A program made the translations under genes and the position numbers. A stretch of DNA of 63,245 nucleotides, the filler included, from Octopus bimaculoides (lineage: Eukaryota): NCBI RefSeq assembly GCF_001194135.2. It is 5 parts of 5 records of this genome, joined end to end, with 100 filler letters (N's around TTAATTAATTAA, not from the genome) between each part and the next. Parts side by side here need not be neighbours in the genome. Positions count along the whole stretch, not along the records: positions 22,081 to 53,713 come from NC_068983.1; 4 more parts are not named here. One strand, 5' to 3'. Within the stretch, counting starts at the first letter, position 1; every line of letters starts with the position of its first letter. Below the pieces are notes generated by a model that saw only the letters and a list, made by a program, of their open reading frames with translations, was not told the origin of the DNA and did no database searches. Below are positions 24,930-36,905 of this stretch, piece by piece.

Positions 24930-25720
24930 TAGATAGAAGGGATTGTGTCCATTGCTCTCGCAGACCTACTGGGGCTGATGAAATCAATACTGTTAACGTT
25001 CCTTTTGAATGGTTGAAAATCAATGGCCATAGGAAAAATAAGTGCAGTGGATGATGCTGACATTCTTGGTGGGAAGGACTGAGCATAGTTAATATGGAAT
25101 TTGAAAGGAAGGCAATATGAATAAATGAGAAAAGGAAAGGCAACTGACTCGGGGAATGCTTGACTGGCATTAAACCTGAGACCAATAAAGAAGAGAAGAA
25201 ACAAAATATCGGTGGGTCAGAAGTGGCAAGAGTGTTGGTGCGAGACTCCATGCCGATCAAACCTTTGTGCAAGAAGCACTGTCTCAGATGCGGGAGTAGT
25301 ACTCTATTATAGGTATCACCTGAACTTCGTAGAAAATAGTTTTCAAGGGGGATGAAGAATTTTCTAGCTCTGGAGAGAGAAACCAACCTTTATAATTTTT
25401 TCTCTTCAATGCATTCGCCAAGAGAAATGCTTAGTGATGGTAAAGCCTAACATTACTTAGCGGCCTTAAGAATTCTAATTATTTACTGTCCATATTTGAG
25501 GTCGTGGTGGCGTTGAAGGTGCGATAAATATTTTGATATATGTATGTGTTATCTTTGTGCTGTTGAAAGAGCTAAGACTGGCCTGAATTATTGGAGGATA
25601 TTTTCGAGCTCTCTATTCAAGGTGTCAGTGAATGTGGATGACACTAGAGTGTGAAAGGTTAAGAAGGAATGACGGATAGTATCATCTGCGTCGTTGGAGG
25701 TTTCGTTGGAAGTAACGACA
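24930..25720 (-). mobile_element. Highly degenerate CR1/Jockey-group LINE 3' part
   Basis: Minus translation DADDT..LNRELENILQ (YADD-like) and IFPMAIDFQPFKRNVNSID (C-terminal motif). Confidence 0.5.
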
Positions 25721-25909
25721 ATGGATCTATGAAGAGCGCGTGGCGGGAGACAAAAAACACATGGTCATAGTAGACAATTTCACTACGAGACACACATGCC
25801 AAACATTCTTTTATTCTGTAGTGAAACTACCTATCGCCATTATATACAAACAAACTATCTTCTCACTATTATATATAAACAAGCGCGGGCGTAGTAGAAA
25901 ACACATCTT

Positions 25910-26100
25910 TCCTTGTCATCACGTGACTGATTATTTGAAGCGGCAACTGCTTCGTACCGTTCCCGCCAGAACGCAAACTGACCAACCGTGGCCCCTAATA
26001 AGGTCACGTGATAGAGTATTTTTCTGATGCTTTTGGGAGCCTACCATCAACTATAAATAGTCTAAATTCAGCGGCAAAATTCGTCTCGGTTCAGATCTCT
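25910..26100 (+). promoter_or_regulatory. Putative Pol II promoter: two extended E-boxes plus TATA box
   Basis: ATCACGTGAC 25918-25927, GTCACGTGAT 26003-26012, TATAAATAG at 26052. Locally CpG-retaining and free of the SINE/LINE families seen elsewhere; followed by 5' UTR-like sequence to the gap at 26420. Confidence 0.5.
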
Positions 26101-27262
26101 TAGAGATCTGTTCCGTGTACCACACAGAGCAGCAGCAGCAGTTTCAGCGACATCAACAGCTTCGTACAACACTACGACTACCAGCAGCAACACGACTCTA
26201 CGACTACTACCAGCATCGTCGCCGCCAGCGTCAACACCACTTCAACTACGAACTACAAGATTCGCCACCAACGTCGTCAACATGACTTTCTACACGTACA
26301 CACGATACCTACAGCTAACCAAACAACCGCGGCACATCTCTCTTCGATTCTGTTTGTGTGATTCATCTTCACCACGAAATAACAGCCAAGAGCCCAGCCT
26401 GCGACGAACAACTGTATACNNNNNNNNNNNNNNNNNNNNNNNNNNNNNNNNNNNNNNNNNNNNNNNNNNNNNNNNNNNNNNNNNNNNNNNNNNNNNNNNN
26501 NNNNNNNNNNNNNNNNNNNNNNNNNNNNNNNNNNNNNNNNNNNNNNNNNNNNNNNNNNNNNNNNNNNNNNNNNNNNNNNNNNNNNNNNNNNNNNNNNNNN
26601 NNNNNNNNNNNNNNNNNNNNNNNNNNNNNNNNNNNNNNNNNNNNNNNNNNNNNNNNNNNNNNNNNNNNNNNNNNNNNNNNNNNNNNNNNNNNNNNNNNNN
26701 NNNNNNNNNNNNNNNNNNNNNNNNNNNNNNNNNNNNNNNNNNNNNNNNNNNNNNNNNNNNNNNNNNNNNNNNNNNNNNNNNNNNNNNNNNNNNNNNNNNN
26801 NNNNNNNNNNNNNNNNNNNNNNNNNNNNNNNNNNNNNNNNNNNNNNNNNNNNNNNNNNNNNNNNNNNNNNNNNNNNNNNNNNNNNNNNNNNNNNNNNNNN
26901 NNNNNNNNNNNNNNNNNNNNNNNNNNNNNNNNNNNNNNNNNNNNNNNNNNNNNNNNNNNNNNNNNNNNNNNNNNNNNNNNNCCTTGAATGGTTGGCTAGT
27001 CCAGTATCGTTGTTTATCCAATGTTTTTTTATGGTTTCAATAGAGGTCCCTTTTATATTTCTGATTTCTTTAGGTAGTCAGTTAAAGAAGCAAGGACCTC
27101 TAAATATCAGACTGGTACATTAGAGCGTTTTAGCTGGTGATTTCCAAGGTGGTACCTTTGGAAGCTGATAGTATCTACCATTAAAAATTCCCTAATACCG
27201 AAGTTTGGAGCATGCCCCTCCAGGCGTTTTCACACGTATTTGATAGTATATATATATATATA

Positions 27263-27389
27263 AAACACAGGATAATGCTAATAATATAGCCTGAACAGGA
27301 TAAGTTACCCCTATTTTGCAGAAAAAAGTGTAGGCGGCCAGGGGTAGCTTATCCTGTTCAGGCTATATTATTAGCATTATCCTGCGTTT
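27263..27389. mobile_element. 127-bp foldback element / MITE with 49-bp inverted arms
   Basis: 27263-27311 matches the reverse complement of 27341-27389 at 47 of 49 positions, with a 29-nt spacer. Confidence 0.8.
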
Positions 27390-27479
27390 GAGAATTTAAA
27401 ATCAATTCTTTAACTTTCTAAGACATCTCAACTCTTCTAAAGCAAACTTCGTTTGTTTGTTTACGTTCATCGTAATTTG

Positions 27480-27760
27480 AATTTAATACATATATATCTT
27501 CAGCATTCAAAAGAGTAGAGATGCAGAGTTTTCAGACGTTCCTAGTAATTAAAGCGTTTAACCGAAGTTATTTTACTGATGAACGTTCTTTGTAACCTTT
27601 CAACTTCTATGAAATCGGATGAGCTTGGAGACCAAAGCTGTCTTATAGAATCAGCATAACTACTAGTTCTCTTGTCACGAAAGTTCTTACGATCCATCCT
27701 ATGAGATGTCTGCATTTAGAAGTCAGTTTGTTGATGCAGCTGGTCGAATGCTCTGTTGAA
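27480..27760 (-). mobile_element. CR1-like LINE fragment
   Basis: Minus translation RQLWSPSSSDFIEVERLQRTFISKITSVKRFNY*ERLKTLHLYS. Confidence 0.65.
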
Positions 27761-28709
27761 AATAATTTGAAATTTAGGCACAAGGTCAGCAGTTTTGAGG
27801 AGAGGGGATTAGTCGATTACATCAACCTCAGTACTTTGTTTGGTGTTATTTTGGCGTGTGATCTACAGCTTCAAGGGCCATGACTTCAGGTTAGTTTTAG
27901 GTTACACCGAAGTAGCACCCTTTGTTATATTGACTCAAAGGTGACCTCGGTGAAACTTGAACCTAGAACATATAGAACCGTAATTTAATACCGCATTTTG
28001 TCTGATGCTCTAACGATTTTTAGCATCACGCATATTTAAGATAGAACGAACAGATAGTAAAATCGACCCTGGGTTGGTTTTCAGTATAAGACTAGTATTT
28101 TATTTTATCGACATTTTCCATGAAAAGACGGAATTTGAACTCGTAAGGTAGAGAACGATGATTTTAAACAGCCTCGAGAGTTTTGTCAATTAAATGCATA
28201 ACCTCAATCGAAGGGTTGGTAAATTCGTAAGAGCATCTGATAGAATGTCTTGCGATATTTATTCCTCTCTAAACTTTGCCATTCATCATTTCGGGGCTCA
28301 ATAAATAAAGTCAAGTACTGGAGTTGATCGCCCTCCACAATCTCTCTCTCTCTGACTCGGCTATGTTGTACTATTAGAAGCATCGCTCTTAAAATTTTAT
28401 ATGGGCACTGGAGTCAGAGGAGGAAGTAGAACAGATTGCCATAATATATAAAAATATTTTTAATATTTACGTTGCGAATGATCTGGTAACATTGGTGGCC
28501 GAAATGTTAAAACATTCATTAGTTTATTAAGGAAATGACTTAGGTGCAAGCAATGTTTTAATTGCGATCAAACTGTGGGCAGAAATCTTTTGTAGTGTAT
28601 TTAATTTTGATGAAATGTAGCATTGTGTGTATGTGGGGGAGCATTGAAAAGTGTTAGTAAAAGGGGGCGATTGTTAAAGTTTGAGACATACTGATCTATA
28701 GTCATTCAA

Positions 28710-28865
28710 CTTTCTAGAAATAGCAGCCAAATCTCCAGCACACCGACTTAAAGAAAGGATACAGATAATATAAGTCCTACATAGTCTTAAAAACGGGATT
28801 GTCCTGACGGAAATGCTTTTGCTATGTCTGTGCTATCAATGTTAAGCTGGGACTAAACAACAATA
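28710..28865 (+). mobile_element. SINE-like family C (ctagaaatagcagccaaatctcc...ctaaacaacaa)
   Basis: The same block recurs near 3470, 19490, 29560, 41870-42290 (minus), 50720 and 51150. Confidence 0.65.
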
Positions 28866-29600
28866 GCAAATAAGGATATCAATTCCGTTAGTATATTCTA
28901 AGTTCAAACACTGCAAGACCATTTTCATCCCTTCAGTATCGATAAAATACTATTCAATCATTCTGCAGGCCTTGTGCCAACGTTATAAATCATTATACAA
29001 AGGGCGAAAGTAAAGAATACGCACACTTGGTGTTTAGGGTTTTTGTTACGCCGAAAACGGGTGGTGTACGTATTCGTTACCTCAGCCATATAAAAAAACG
29101 GTTAGGGTAAATACTAAACATGAAGTAAGGGAGGTGGGGTTTACGTAATCGATTAAACCCTTCGAAGCGATGTCTTTACCATGACCGCAGTCCTATGACT
29201 GACACAAGAAATGAAACTACACTGACTGTGTATATGTAAACATGCAAGTTTTAGGGTTTAACCAGTTAGTTAATCGGAGCCCTTTGTCAGTAACTCGACT
29301 ATCCAGTAGATAACTACTTTAATTCGAGTCAGAAAAGAAATGAAATTGTGATAATCCATTTACCGGCTACGAGTGTAACTCTAATCAGTGTTCACTGCGA
29401 GACGAAATAATGATGTTTACATAATCATGTTTTAGGTTATGTGCTGCGGTGTAATGTTTAATAATATATAATTAACCTTAGGTTGCTTTTTGGTCAAAGT
29501 AAAGCTACATTCTGATCATAACAATTGTTGTTTATGCTTAAATGGAAAACGGTTGGAGTCTATGTAGCCGAACTGCTAGTAATAGTAGCCAAATCTCCCT

Positions 29601-29721
29601 TTGTTTATCAAGGAATGAAAATGAGGTTATGACGTTCGTACTATTTACGACGTAAATGAATGGAATATCTTTACAGGGGGATGGAAAGCGTGGTTGTATG
29701 CTTGATTTGTCATAGGGTTTA
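29601..29721. mobile_element. 121-bp unclassified insertion in a family C repeat, with 11-bp TSD
   Basis: CAAATCTCCCT at 29590-29600 and 29722-29732; a second, inverted copy lies at 29964-30079. Confidence 0.75.
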
Positions 29722-29963
29722 CAAATCTCCCTCAAATACACATCCTACCGTCTTGTAGTGCTAAGTAGCACTCTAAAAGACAGTATGTTCATAACTAGAT
29801 TACCTTTTGATCATAGGTTTACTCGAATGGGGGTTGACTTGGGGTTAAACAACAAGCACAACATCCACGAGTTTATTCTATCCGAGAAGTCTATACTATC
29901 TCATAGGAATATGTTTGTTGATTGATAAATATCAATAGTGAACGCTTTAGCTTAACAGTAAGC

Positions 29964-30079
29964 TGTGACAAACCAAGCATGCAATCATGCTTTCGATCCC
30001 CCTATAAAGATATTCCATTCATTTACGTCGTAAACAGTACGAATGTCATAACTTCATTTTCATTCCCCGATAAACAGAG
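29964..30079. mobile_element. Inverted second copy of the 121-bp element
   Basis: Reverse complement aligns to ~29597-29713 with scattered substitutions. Confidence 0.75.
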
Positions 30080-30315
30080 TGCTTATGTGAGAAATCAATA
30101 CGACGAATTTATTTTTCCGGTTCATCAAATATATAATACTATAGCAGGAACGTATAGAACCAATTTTGAAAAATAATTTGAATTGTTTAGCATATTTTTA
30201 ATTTCTTAGCGAACCAAAAGTAACGCGGAAAAAATATTTTCTCAAAACTAATATAACTTGTCAACAAGTTATGTATTTGACGAAAATAGAATCATAAAAT
30301 TTGACAATATTACGG

Positions 30316-30351
<36 letters not shown>

Positions 30352-30694
30352 GAAAGAAATCAGCATTGAACAAATTCTTTAGATTTAATGATTGGCTTGC
30401 ATTACTTAAAGTTTCACACAAAGAACATCTACGATCTTTCAAATGAATGTAGATGTATCTGAACGTTTCTGATAAACCTGCTGCCTACTGGTCAAGATAG
30501 GTCACGTGGTATAAAATGCTGCATCCTTAAATCCGGATTATTACATTGTAAGGGAGGATATTCTGTATCACTATAATGGAGAATTTTTCAGGTTTGCATC
30601 ACCTGACTTATGATGTATCTATCACATGGCTGAAACTTCTGCAGAAGTAATAGCCACCTGTGGAAACAGTCACTTACAATATTCGATTTTCTGT

Positions 30695-31450
30695 AGAGGA
30701 ATGGGTATTGTTGACATCAGATGCAGTGTGCTAAAGAGACGACTGTGCTGGTATGGCCATGAGATGCATATGCACGAGGACAGCTGTGTGAAAAAGTGCC
30801 GATCTCTAATGGTGGAGGAAATCTGTGGAAGAGGTAAATCCAGGAAGATGTGGGATGAGGTGGTGAAGCATGATCTTTGAATGATGAGCCTCACAGAGGC
30901 AATGACAAGTGACCAAGACCTTTGGCAATATGCTGTGCTTGAGAAGACCCAACAAGCCAATGTAGTCATGGCCGATGCCAATATCGTGCAACTGGCATCC
31001 ATACTGGTGATATGTAAAAATCACCCTTCAAATGTTGGGCAATATGCCATGCTTGAGAAGACCTGTCAAGCCTAGTGAAGTTTTAGTCATGGCCGATGCC
31101 AGTGTTGTGTAACTAGCACCTATGCTGGTGGCACATAAAAAGCATCCTTTGAATGTTGGGCCTCATGGGGGCAGTGACAAGTGACTGAGGATTTGGTGAT
31201 ATACCATACTTGAGAAAACCTGTCAAACCAAATGAAATTGTAGTTGTGGCCAATACCAGTGTTATGTAACTGTCACCCATGCCAGTGGTACATAAAAAGC
31301 ACCCACTACACTCTTGGAATGGTTGGCATTAGAAGGGCATCTAGCCTTAGAAACTATGCCAAATCAGAATGGAACCTGGTGTAGCTTACCAGTTTTCAGT
31401 GAAACCATCCAACCCATGCCAGCATGGAAAATGGTCGTTAAATAAGGATG
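30695..31450 (+). mobile_element. RTE LINE 3' end (ORF C-terminus plus sub-repeated 3' UTR)
   Basis: RRLCWYGHEMHMHEDSCVKKC...RGKSRKMWDEVVKHDL, three 3' UTR sub-repeats, family-typical terminus ccaacccatgccagcatgg. Confidence 0.8.
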
Positions 31451-32039
31451 TTTTACTATTTAGAGTTTTTCAGACAGGCAAGTCTGCAGTTAAGTGACCT
31501 GTTGGAATGTGAAATAGTTCTGTCAATAATGTTTCAAATTATAGTAGTGCATTGGAGTCATTCCTGAACTTCAAATTAAAACAAGACAGAGAAATGGAAT
31601 TTTCTCTATACCTAGACCCAAAGGGGTACATATATTAATTGTAAAATAAGTTGAAATCATTTAGTGGTGAACCCTGTCTAATATCTAGAAACCTAATGAT
31701 TAGCTTTTTAGATATATTACATCTTAAGACAAGTAAACACTATTCCTTCAGGAAGTCAAATGTGGAAATTGTATATATCCACAAAAACTCCAATCATCAC
31801 AAGTGTATAAATGGAAACTTGGTAGCACTAGAGTTTCCAATCTAACATTGGATAAAGCAGTTTTTAACAGAGCAGCCCCCACCTATTATAATGAGGTATT
31901 AGCCATGAACAGCTTCTGTAAAAAAAACTAGTTCACTCCCAACACTGCAACTCAGAAAAGAAAAGGAAGTAACCCAATTTAAACACTCCCAAATAACTTA
32001 GATGTTTTTATAAATATAGACAGCAATTTTATATTTTTT

Positions 32040-32370
32040 GCAAGGTACCACTTCCCACAAATACCATAAGCTCATTAATGCATGCCAGTTAGTTTTACCT
32101 AGTCATTATCAACTGCCACCTTCAAAGGCAACAATCAGAAACACATGTCTATGTAGCCAACAGCCATCTTGCAAATGTCAAAATCAATCGTCACTCAAAA
32201 AATCATTTCTTCCCTGCAGGAGTGCTATACCAAGCATTAGTTAGAGAACTTAATGTTATCCAAAGGAATTACTCAGTGCTCACTGCTAAAAATTTCAAAG
32301 AAAGTTACAATCAGCACTTTCACTCCTTTAGGTATAGGAATAAAGAAAACTTCATTTCATTGTTCTATTT
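32040..32370 (+). mobile_element. Penelope-like GIY-YIG endonuclease remnant
   Basis: CKCQN...YQALV...RNYSVLTAKNFKESYNQHFHSFRYRNKEN matches the Penelope EN pattern CNC..YQA.V..Y.GLT..FK.RY..H..SF. Confidence 0.65.
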
Positions 32371-32375
32371 AACAA

Positions 32376-32945
32376 AGATTAAGCACCAAGAACATCTACC
32401 TGAAGGGGATTGTGGTTTGACAGCTTTCCGACTTACTAAGTCTTTGGTTTTTGCTAGATTAACCCTAAGGCCATTCGATTCTAATTCTTGCTTCCACACC
32501 CTAAACCTCGTCTCTAGTTCTGGCAGTGACTTGGATATTAGGGCAAGGTTATCAGCATAGAGGAGCTCCCAGTGGCAGCCTGTCTTGAATTCCTCTGTTA
32601 TTGCCTGGAGGACTATAATGAACAAGAGGGGGCTAAGGACTGATCCTTGGTGAATCCCTACTTCTACTCAGAATTCCTCACTATAGTCATTGCCAACCCT
32701 CACCTTACTGACAGCATCCCTATACAGGGCTTCTACAGCTTTTACCAACTACTTGTCTATCCCCAGTTTCTGCAATGAGAACCAGATAAGGGATCGGGGG
32801 ATCCTGTCAAATGCTTTCTCTAAGTCAATAAAAGCCAAGTACAGAGGTTTAACTTTGGCTAGATATTTCTCCTGCAGTTGCCTTACTAAGAATAAAGCAT
32901 CAGTGGCACAAAACCAAACTGCATCTCATCATCTAAGTGACACAA
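32376..32945 (-). mobile_element. RTE LINE reverse transcriptase fragment
   Basis: MQFGFVP..LYLAFIDLEKAFDRIP..GIHQGSVLSPLLF..ELLYADNLALI..GLRVNLAKTK. Confidence 0.9.
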
Positions 32946-33294
32946 AACTAAACTGCATGCATATATATANNNNNNNNNNNNNNNNNNNNNNNNNNNNNNN
33001 NNNNNNNNNNNNNNNNNNNNNNNNNNTATATATATATAATTTAATAATAGGATAAATTCTTTGTAAGAATTTATCAAGTAGTTAGCGTGAAAAAAATCTC
33101 ATAAGGGAAAAACCCATCGTTTGTTCCCTTAAAATATATTTATTAATTTATTTATATAAGGGCATTACTATACATAAATGCCTCACACTAAGAGGGACTC
33201 TAGAAGTCAAACTACCATAATAAACACATTTTTACCGTTAAGTTAAAAGTTTTTAGGGAGTTAGTTTTTGAGAGTTGCATCACCTCGTGTTTCG

Positions 33295-33760
33295 TAAAAA
33301 TGTGTTATGTAAACCTCCTCAAGGAATGTGAAGACGCAGGCTGGAAAGCAGAGCATTTTCCAATCAAAGTCAGATGTTGAGGATTTGTTGGGTACAGTGT
33401 GAGATGACTGTTGTTGTCGTTAGGCCTAACTCATCGTAAGGTAAATACCACCATGACCAATATCCAAACTACAGTGGAGAAGGTTAGCCACTGGATTTGG
33501 TTAAAAAGAGATGATGAGCGATGGCTAGAGAAACGTTGAGCTATAGTTAATAACTAGTTGATCTAGCAGGTGGGGCCTCATATCAGTGAGGTGGGGGTGG
33601 TGTGCATTGATGCCGTTGAGAGGTAGGCCCTGAAACGGCATGCATTCTCTCCTGATGACCCCATACACTTGCTGGCTTCCGGTATGCAGAGTTCTCGACT
33701 GGTAGCACCTGCATATGCAAATTGTTTGCAAGACATCTAGTTTAATATATTTGGAAATAG
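33295..33760 (+). mobile_element. HERO-like LINE extreme 3' end
   Basis: YVNLLKECEDAGWKAEHFPIKVRC*GFVG...VEKVSHWIWLKRDDERW, followed by a 3' UTR. Confidence 0.75.
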
Positions 33761-36284
33761 TTTATTTATGAAACTAGCAATTTATCTGTGCTTACTGCAA
33801 TCAAAACTTAGGTGACTGGGCTGAACCCAGATATAATTAGGGGGAATGAGTGTCATACACAACACTTTCATAAGCTCAATAAGAGCTGGCTAACAGATGT
33901 CCAATGAGCAGTCAAGAGAGTAGTGGTGTGCAGTGACCATGCTCCAGAATTACTGAATCCTCACTGTATAACTGTAAATATGTATTATATATTGATAAGG
34001 CTTACTACTATAATTAGTAAGTGCTTGTTGTGCTATGTTCAAGGTCTTCAGTGGATCTGAAGGAACCAACAGGAAACTTGTGTGTTATAAAAATATAAAA
34101 AAGAAATCCTGTTAACACTTTTGTCACCATATTTCTGTTGAAATACATCGCCTTTATGTAAACTAATTTTGAAAAATATGAATTTACTGAAATAATTTTA
34201 CCATATTAAGCTGCTGTCTGGGACATAAATTAGCATTGAGCTTTCATGTTAATTTATGTTCCAAACACTAACTTAATAGGGTAAAGTTATTTAACTATAT
34301 TTTGTTAAAGAACTAACTTATCAATAGGTCACAAGCAGTTATTTTTGACTCAATACTAACTTCTTGTTGCTAGCAACCAGTCTTTCAAATCAGACATTGA
34401 AAATAAAAGATATTTAATCTACTAACCTCTGCAAATGCTGAAAGCAATCATGGCTAACTACTTAATAATGTTGTTGACTCTCTCTGTAAGTTCTACATTA
34501 ACCCTCAGCAATTTGAAGTATTTAAGAAATGTACTTTAAATCAGCATGAAGTCTGAGATATTTTAAAGAGAATGAATATATGAGAAGTTGTAGTATGTTG
34601 TTTCAAAGGGAATTAGAAATGTCAATGTGGCATTCTAAAAGAGAAAACTTCTGGTCTTGGTTTAATGACCACAGCCTATAAACTAGCCTAATTTTAATAT
34701 TCTTTGTCTTACATCCTCATTTACTATAAAATAAGATCAGTAATAAATACATTGTGGTTGATTAAATCAATTATAATGCCTCTGGCAAAAATAGTTCGTA
34801 TTTAGTCAAAATAGTCATTTTGCTTAAGAGATAATACCCTTCCTAATATCAACCACTTTACAGAATGTACTGGGAGCAACAACACTAGAGAAGATGCCAT
34901 ATCTCTGGTCAGACTAAAGAGCCTTCTTGATCTTGCACTATCTCTGATATACTTCATATAGAGTGTATTGGGTGCATTTTATTGTAACACTAACTCTAGT
35001 GATGTTGCGTTGTGTTTATGCATATATATATATATATATATGAATGTATGTATGTAGAGACAGTCTTTCATAATGAAAAATGTAATGTTGCTCTTAGATA
35101 TTTTTCTCCTTTTTTTTTTGAGGTAATAATGGATGTGCTACTTTTGTGTAGAGAATTTGTGATAATAGAAGATATACTTTGTTTATCAATGGAAACATAA
35201 AATATATTGGCTAAGAGCAGTACCCAATGTCAGCCAGATGTATGGATAGTATCAGAAAAAGTTTGTGGCCTAATTCTTAAAGATGTGCCCATATGCAAAA
35301 ATTTTAGGCATCCAAATGAAAAGCAAGAACTTACCACCTGCAAAAACATGCATGCATATACGCACGCAAACAAGGACACACACACACACACCAATAATTC
35401 CAACAAATGCATGCCAGTAAAACATCAGCATGTAATCCAATTAAGTTTGCCATGTTTGTCAAAGAACACTGGGACAGTGAAAGAAAAAGAATCTATGCTC
35501 CCAGTACTCATCATCATTTTAACATCTATTTTTCCATGCCTGCATGGGTTGGGTGGAATTCACTGAAGCAGACTTTGTACAATTGAATACACTTCCTGTC
35601 ACCAACAATCACCTGTTTCCAAGTCAGGTAATTTTTACCCATGGCTGAACATATTTTCACAGAAGATTGGAAATAAAGGACACTACTTGTCTGTCAGTGA
35701 TGTTTGTTTAGAACAATCACATGCTGTTAAGACAAGGAGAAACACACACACACTTCTTCAGTTTCTGTCTATCAAATCAACTCACAAGGTTTTGGTCATC
35801 CCAAGGCTATATTAGAAGACACTTGTCCAATGTGCCATGCAGTGGGATGGAACTGGGAACCAAGTGGCTAAGAAGCAAGTTTCCTACCACAGAGCCATGC
35901 CTACACCTATTAGTATGTTATGAATATTCTCAGATGAAAACTTCAGAAAACCTAGATCTTCTAAGTGTCTTTGGAGAGTTAATATATCAGTTTGTGATTT
36001 TAAATAAGCAGCTGTACATACATCTATAAATTTGTAAGTTAGTCTGCATGTAAACATAAAATTTTTAATTCAATTTATAATGAATATATATTTTACATTG
36101 TAATCGAGATATATTTTACATTATAATATAATAAAAAAACATCAAAGAATGGAGTTAGCAAATAATGTTTATAGCTTTGTTTACATTTGTTTCGTCAATT
36201 TCCATTATAACCAGAATTGTGTCATGTTACCATGTCAGCAATTATTGATTTATTCCCACACACTGTGCAAGTTTACCTTCACAG

Positions 36285-36410
36285 CACAGGGTGGAAATAA
36301 TTTATCAGAATGCTGCAAGAAGCATCATGCTGCGGCAAACGCCTGGATTAGATATCCCAATTCAATTACTGTTTGTGTGTGGATCGAGCCAGTATTTTTC
36401 AGAAGAGTAG
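36285..36410 (+). CDS. Candidate terminal coding exon (HRVEIIYQNAARSIMLRQTPGLDIPIQLLFVCGSSQYFSEE*), gene unknown
   Basis: Acceptor TTTACCTTCACAG, 42-codon frame ending in TAG, AATAAA at 36414 and 36429. No recognised homology. Confidence 0.25.
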   Translation, partial: HRVEIIYQNAARSIMLRQTPGLDIPIQLLFVCGSSQYFSEE

Positions 36411-36874
36411 GGGAATAAAGAGTCAGTGAATAAACGTCACAAAATAATTAACTTCCATCAAAAAAGATTTATCAACATCATTTTGAACATGCATGCACTC
36501 CACTCTATGCACACAGTCTTCCGTTAACACAAACACTGTGTGTGTGGGTGGGGAGGGTATTTGATAGATTTAATTTGTGGTGGCCAACCCATGTCAGCAC
36601 AGAACATGGATGTTAAATAATGATGATATATGTAATTTTTTATGTTAGAAAATTTGTTTATTCTCTCTCCTACTTTCTTTATCCTTGTCTTCTTTTGTCT
36701 CGCTACTCCTCTTTCTCTAGTCTCTATTTCTCTCTGCCTTCTCTCTTTTTGTTCTCTTAATTTGACTATCTGTTTCACATGCACACAGACACAGTAATAG
36801 ATTCATAACAAGTTTTTTGGAGAAAGAGTACAGTCAGTTATATGGATCTCAGTACTTTGCCTGAAAGTGTAATA

Positions 36875-36897
<23 letters not shown>

Positions 36898-36905
<8 letters not shown>

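Noticed and set aside
30500-30520. GTCACGTGGTATAAAA (E-box next to TATA-like motif)
   Set aside because: The motifs are adjacent rather than properly spaced, there is no CpG-rich context, and it lies among repeat remnants.
33051-33306. 11-bp hairpin (33051-33075) and 13-bp inverted repeat (33223-33235 / 33294-33306)
   Set aside because: Short AT-rich matches next to a gap and a LINE junction; cannot be distinguished from chance or repeat ends.
36320-36445. Minus-strand YSPTLLKNTG resembling the SLC22 ELFPT..RN.G motif
   Set aside because: No usable in-phase acceptor, stops on both sides, and the motif match is poor.
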